In this document: positions 56,377-60,850 of the stretch, piece by piece | Layout of the letters: each line of letters starts with the position of its first letter | Position numbering within the stretch: the stretch's first letter is position 1 | Assembly (NCBI GenBank): GCA_048884965.1 | Contig: JBHLQH010000021.1 | Location: 1-60,850, forward strand | Reading direction: 5' to 3' | DNA: 60,850 nucleotides | From: Candidatus Thorarchaeota archaeon | Lineage (GTDB): Archaea; Asgardarchaeota; Thorarchaeia; Thorarchaeales; Thorarchaeaceae | The notes under the pieces: model-generated | Told to the model about the DNA's origin: nothing | Databases searched by the model: none | What the model saw: the letters and a program-made list of their open reading frames with translations, nothing else | Program-made: the position numbers and the translations under genes

Positions 56377-57741
56377 CTACTCAAAACGTCTAAGATAGGA
56401 AAGAGGATTCTTTTGCTTGCCAAATCCAGCCAAATCATCAAATTTCACGACTAATCTGTTCAGCCAGGGCACGTTCTGAGTAAGCCAGACAATGAACTTG
56501 TGGAAGATACTGTTTTCCTTATTGTAGGGACACGAACGTATACAATTCGAGCATTCAGATCCATTCTCAATCCAGAAGTTGTAACAGGTTTCAGGATTGA
56601 TATACCACTTCTTCGCCCCAGGATTGTTTGATCGAGTCACCCCTTCCCAGGTCAGAGCATTACCATAGGGTATCGATTGTGAAGGGCACGATGTTGCACA
56701 TTTCTCACACACTCTACAGAAACTGGTGACAGATTCACAGAACTTCATATCAGGGGCGTCCGGATGAAGGGGCATGTCAGTGAGGACCTTCGCAATTCTT
56801 ACCCGGGGACCAAATTCCTTTGTGATTAGGATACCATGTCGACCTATCATTCCCAGTCCTGCATCGATCGCCATAGGAACACTTAGTCCTATATCATTCC
56901 CTGTTGTTACTGCAGCATATCCTAAGCTGCGAATAAAATCCGCCAACTCGATTTCAACGAAAGCCATTCTAGAATATCCTAATGCTGTTGTTGCAGAGGA
57001 AGTGAAGGCTGGAGATGTAGCAATTCCATTGTAATCCATTTCAACAGCAATAACAATAGCGCGGTTCAATCTTTCTGGAAAGGTGTAATCTTCGCGATTT
57101 CTATTCTGTGAGTATAGCCATCTTGGATCCACCTCAATGATACCTACTAGGTCTGCACCATAGAAACGAGCAGCACGTTTAATGGCACTAGTTAGTTCCT
57201 TGCTAGACATAGTGGCCTTTTTTGAGCCGCCTCTTTCATTTGAATAGTCTGTCTTTCGAGGATTGATCTTTATCCGAGAATCGTAAAGAGCCCAACCTGA
57301 TGCCGCAAGATGATGCTCAAACCGCCCATAACCAGGCATGTTCTTTGCTATCATATTCTCAGCACCATACCACTCATTTTGGTCGTAGTTCTTGAAATCT
57401 GGGTCGTTATGCACGCGAGCGAAAATCATGTCAGCCTCAGAGAAGCGTTCCCAATCCATTGAAACCAAATAGGGTCTTCTCGTTTTAGCTGACGGACACA
57501 TTGGTTCTTTCTTCTTAGGTTTTCCATGATTGGTTTCTGTTTTTATGGCATTCTTTGGACATGCTCTAAAACATCGGAGGCATCCAGTGCAAACATCCCT
57601 GCGAATCTGAGGGAACCTATCACCTTTGCCGTATGTTAATGGTGAATCGGTACCATGTATGTCAACGCATGCATTGTAGCACTCAAGATCACATTCATTT
57701 GGATTACAGAGATCTTGATCGACCAACATATAAACATCCAA
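56377..57741 (-). CDS. rdhA: Reductive dehalogenase family protein with an N-terminal ferredoxin domain
   Basis: KRAARFYGADLVGI, SVPMAIDAGLG..GRHGILITKEFGPRVRIAKVLTDMPL, FCRVCEKCATSCP, CYNFW......CSNCIRSCPY. Confidence 0.85.
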   Translation of the reverse strand: MDVYMLVDQDLCNPNECDLECYNACVDIHGTDSPLTYGKGDRFPQIRRDVCTGCLRCFRACPKNAIKTETNHGKPKKKEPMCPSAKTRRPYLVSMDWERFSEADMIFARVHNDPDFKNYDQNEWYGAENMIAKNMPGYGRFEHHLAASGWALYDSRIKINPRKTDYSNERGGSKKATMSSKELTSAIKRAARFYGADLVGIIEVDPRWLYSQNRNREDYTFPERLNRAIVIAVEMDYNGIATSPAFTSSATTALGYSRMAFVEIELADFIRSLGYAAVTTGNDIGLSVPMAIDAGLGMIGRHGILITKEFGPRVRIAKVLTDMPLHPDAPDMKFCESVTSFCRVCEKCATSCPSQSIPYGNALTWEGVTRSNNPGAKKWYINPETCYNFWIENGSECSNCIRSCPYNKENSIFHKFIVWLTQNVPWLNRLVVKFDDLAGFGKQKNPLSYLRRFE

Positions 57742-57871
57742 CCTATTGATTCTCGATACAATGGGTAATTAATGAGTTCCTATCTGGTTTATGTCCAATG
57801 TACATAATTGACCTACTAAATAGAGATACTAAATTACAATCCTCAATTCCATCTAATCTCTAAGCGAAGTT

Positions 57872-58942
57872 CTATACTATTCCTCGCTTGATTTCCTCAG
57901 CTACAAAATGCTCTCTTTCCTCATCATTCGCAGAAACTACAAAGTTATGGATATCTCTGAACATCTTTACAATGCTTCCGAGCTCCTGCCGATACGAATC
58001 GACTAGGATAGCACCTTGCGTGGATCGCATTATTGCGGACGATACAGCTTCTCCTGATTCAATTCCATAACGAATTCCCTCGCCAGAGAGTGGATTACAG
58101 AGACCTGCAGCATCACCAGCCAATAGGACATTGCCCCGCCCAGGTGTGAAGAAACCAAAGGGTATTGCCCACGTTTCCTTTCCAATGTATTCGGAATCAA
58201 TCAAATTGAAATCATCCTGTAGCCATTTCTTGAATTGATCCAATGCACTGTACACATGCGGAACACTCCGCCTTTGAACACCAGTGCCTATGAGAATGTC
58301 ATCACCCTTTGGTATTGCATAGCTATACGAAATCGAGATGTCCCTTCTAAAGAACCCGTAGAAGTATTCATCCAAGTCCGTGTTCTTCCTGTCACTCCAC
58401 AACTGCTGTCCCACAATTAAGAAGTCTGTGGAATCATCCAAAGACAGTAGTTTTCGTGTGAGCGACCTAACACCATCAGCACCAACAACATAGCTGGCTT
58501 TTATGTACAAATCATCGTCTTTCTGCTTCAGTTTTAGTCTTGGAGAAATTGCATCAGACAATTCAATAAGTTGAGTTTCATCTAGAACATCGACTCCACA
58601 ATCCTTTGCAACATCCATAAGCCACTCATCAAACCTCTCACGTCTGATGTTATGGATCTTGTAATTTGGAACCGGACCTCCATTCTCTTTGCCACTCGGG
58701 GGAACATAATACAATCCCAAGGTCTTTGGATTGTTAAACACATATGAAGGCATACTAACATTAAGCATGTCCTCAATTATCTCAGATGTAATCCAAGGAA
58801 GAACTCCACCACATGGTTTTCGAGTGCCTTTCTTTGCTTTCTCTACAAGTAGAACATCAAGACCCAAAGAGGCACAATTAATCGCTGCACTGCACCCCGC
58901 AGGTCCGCCCCCAATAACAACTACATCATACTCTTGCATCAT
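57872..58942 (-). CDS. Geranylgeranyl-reductase-family FAD oxidoreductase (LipT-like by context)
   Basis: IGGGPAG, KPCGG, GADG, YAIPKG, AGDAAG..NPLSGEGI; overlaps the lipoate ligase stop. Confidence 0.8.
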   Translation of the reverse strand: MMQEYDVVVIGGGPAGCSAAINCASLGLDVLLVEKAKKGTRKPCGGVLPWITSEIIEDMLNVSMPSYVFNNPKTLGLYYVPPSGKENGGPVPNYKIHNIRRERFDEWLMDVAKDCGVDVLDETQLIELSDAISPRLKLKQKDDDLYIKASYVVGADGVRSLTRKLLSLDDSTDFLIVGQQLWSDRKNTDLDEYFYGFFRRDISISYSYAIPKGDDILIGTGVQRRSVPHVYSALDQFKKWLQDDFNLIDSEYIGKETWAIPFGFFTPGRGNVLLAGDAAGLCNPLSGEGIRYGIESGEAVSSAIMRSTQGAILVDSYRQELGSIVKMFRDIHNFVVSANDEEREHFVAEEIKRGIV

Positions 58943-60539
58943 ATGAAGCCTTCCCCTCTAATCGACCCTGTTTCTGCAGTGCTTTAAGGACTCGACTAAG
59001 CAGGTCGAGCTTCAGTATCGTCTGACCTTCGAATTGTCCGATGTATGCTTCTTGTTGTTCTCCTAGCTCATAACAAGTAGAGTCATCGACATCTATTAAG
59101 AGTCCGGGAACTCCAGTTCCAAGAAAATCGCGATGATGCTTGTTGTAAAATCCTTCACAGCAAGATCCAACATATCCTCTAGCTCCCATCTGTTTAAACT
59201 CGTCTATAGTTTCAAGTAGGTGCTCAAAGTTCTGAATAGTTCGTACTGGTATCCCAAGTTCATTAGCAAGTTCGTAGATGCTCCCAATTGTACAAGCCCC
59301 ACATTCAGAACACCCCTCTGTCCTCCTGTATTCGCATTCAATGAGCTTGGCGCAATATGGTAGAAGTATGTAATCGAAATCTTGACAAAGAACCTCATCG
59401 GGCCTGAAATTGACAGTCATTAGATGGTTTGAATCCTGAAGAGATATGCCTATCTTGCTGAAAGCAGTCTTCGTTGTTGCTTCGAGAAAGAGCTGTACTA
59501 GTTCTTCAGGATTCACACCAAACATACGAGTGTCCGTTTCTTCAAAAAAACCCAGAATGTTCTTGCGTATCGATTCTTCATCAGCTGCGATATTCTTCAA
59601 CTTTGCTTCTAAATCCATTATTGCTCTCTGTGGAAATATCTGAAAGTCTCCTGTGATAAAGCTACTAGTGATGAAGTTACCAGTCACATTCAAGGAGATT
59701 GAAACTCGAATAAGCCCACCGGGAGTCTTTCGAACCGCAGTAACCTGTCCAACATGATTCATTGGAGGTTTCACCATATCAATCCATTCTTCGGATTGAA
59801 ACTCAGGTAGAAGTTCAGTAAAAACCTCTTTCTCAACGGGTGTAAGCACTTCCTTTTCAAACTCAACTTGGAGAACTTCTTGAAATCCATCCACAATTGC
59901 TTGCTTAATCTCATCCAGTGGTGGGACATATCCTAACTCCCACTTAAGGCAGGTGACACGCTCCTTTACGGTTTCGATTTCTTTGTCAGCAAGTTTCTCT
60001 ATGGGTATCCGGAGTGTGCGTAGCATGAGATCAACATCAAAGTCTATCAACAAAGTTCCTTGATACAGAAAGGCACCGCCACGTTCTGTACCACCAGTCC
60101 CAGATATCTTTCGACCATTTATCTCAATATCGTTCTTTGGTCTAAACTCAGCCTCTAATCCAAGCTTCTTTAGACCAGCCACAGTACCAGCACAGCTAAG
60201 TCGAGCTAGCTTATCTAAATCATATCGCAGCTCATTGATTCCTGGTGCTTTTTTGTCAGCAATCAATTCCCATCCAAGACAAGTGGGGGTGAAGAGTATT
60301 GCACCTCCACCAGTAATGCGTCGGTTATAGTCGATATCATGTCGCTTGCAATAATCAACTCGGACTTCTTGTGCAATTGATTGATGAAAACCAACAAGTA
60401 CAGTAGCAGAGCTGAATTGCAAGATTCTAAGTGTATTCTTTGTTAAGCCATTTGAGCGGCACTCAAGAAGCGCATCATCTAGTGCCATATTCTCCGCTCC
60501 AGTGAGCACACCTGTATCAAGTAATCTCCATTTTGTCAT
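58926..60539 (-). CDS. Lipoate-protein ligase (fused A+B) with a C-terminal Cys-rich DUF116-like domain
   Basis: WRLLDTG, NMALD, RRITGGGA, NDIEINGRKISGTG, QGTLL; TPGGLIRV; LPYCAK...CSECGAC...GSCC. Confidence 0.88.
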   Translation of the reverse strand: MTKWRLLDTGVLTGAENMALDDALLECRSNGLTKNTLRILQFSSATVLVGFHQSIAQEVRVDYCKRHDIDYNRRITGGGAILFTPTCLGWELIADKKAPGINELRYDLDKLARLSCAGTVAGLKKLGLEAEFRPKNDIEINGRKISGTGGTERGGAFLYQGTLLIDFDVDLMLRTLRIPIEKLADKEIETVKERVTCLKWELGYVPPLDEIKQAIVDGFQEVLQVEFEKEVLTPVEKEVFTELLPEFQSEEWIDMVKPPMNHVGQVTAVRKTPGGLIRVSISLNVTGNFITSSFITGDFQIFPQRAIMDLEAKLKNIAADEESIRKNILGFFEETDTRMFGVNPEELVQLFLEATTKTAFSKIGISLQDSNHLMTVNFRPDEVLCQDFDYILLPYCAKLIECEYRRTEGCSECGACTIGSIYELANELGIPVRTIQNFEHLLETIDEFKQMGARGYVGSCCEGFYNKHHRDFLGTGVPGLLIDVDDSTCYELGEQQEAYIGQFEGQTILKLDLLSRVLKALQKQGRLEGKASYDARV

Positions 60540-60543
60540 GGTT

Positions 60544-60850
60544 CTACTCACCATCCTCCCTAGCTGGCAGGACGTCATCCATCAATGAACAGCATTTGTC
60601 AGACATTTTCAATTGCAATCCAAGTCCTTCTGCAAACTCGTATCCAACTTCTGTAGGATATGCAATTCCGTTTATCCCAGCCATAATAGCTAATGTATCG
60701 GTCATCCTCCTATGTTCGCCATGAGGTCTTGCACATCCCAATATCACTGGTCGATTGGGTAAAGCCAATCTAGCAGCAAGCAATACTCTCGCAATGTCCA
60801 TTGGACTAGAAGGAGTGATATTCTCCATAGGTGTATGCTCTAATGGTTTG
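60544..60850 (-). CDS. lipS1: Radical SAM lipoyl synthase LipS1-like protein, C-terminal part
   Basis: LGCARP and C-terminal CCS motifs, 4 nt upstream of the lipoate ligase; 5' part outside the window. Confidence 0.65.
   Translation of the reverse strand, partial: KPLEHTPMENITPSSPMDIARVLLAARLALPNRPVILGCARPHGEHRRMTDTLAIMAGINGIAYPTEVGYEFAEGLGLQLKMSDKCCSLMDDVLPAREDGE

Noticed and set aside
1-60850. tRNA, rRNA, CRISPR arrays, IS elements or provirus
   Set aside because: No cloverleaf, repeat-spacer periodicity, transposase, integrase or capsid motifs seen by eye; a short or intron-containing RNA could have been missed without a covariance search

Overview
Gene-dense archaeal chromosomal segment with no recognisable rRNA, tRNA, CRISPR array or transposase. 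Archaeal markers (proteasome alpha subunit, DTD2-type deacylase, thiolase+DUF35, GGTGA/GGAGG RBSs, TATA boxes) plus Rab-like, PCI-like and reductive-dehalogenase genes suggest an Asgard archaeon, probably Thorarchaeia (inference, no search run). 1-24 kb is lipid/glycerol catabolism: GlpABC, an alkyl-DHAP-synthase-like flavoprotein, a CCG Fe-S protein, an MSMEG_0568-type radical SAM, an FGGY kinase, beta-oxidation enzymes, SCP2 and an ADP-forming acyl-CoA synthetase. 24-42 kb is rich in uncharacterised genes: a CdrS/aCcr1-like RHH microprotein, a tandem Cys-rich paralog pair, an acidic poly-proline protein, a Rab-like pseudo-GTPase, a 1297-aa TrmB/coiled-coil protein, a coiled coil with a possible Vps28-like C-terminus, and an ORF with an in-frame TGA in a CxxU context (candidate new selenoprotein). 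42-61 kb holds a duplicated beta-carbonic-anhydrase-like protein, NnrE, a PRC-barrel protein, an MFS transporter, MsrB, a RimK-like ligase, PsmA, a PAS histidine kinase, a ferredoxin-fused reductive dehalogenase and a LipS1-Lpl-LipT-type lipoate locus. Three microproteins below the ORF-track cut-off were found by hand. All family calls come from motif recognition by eye.
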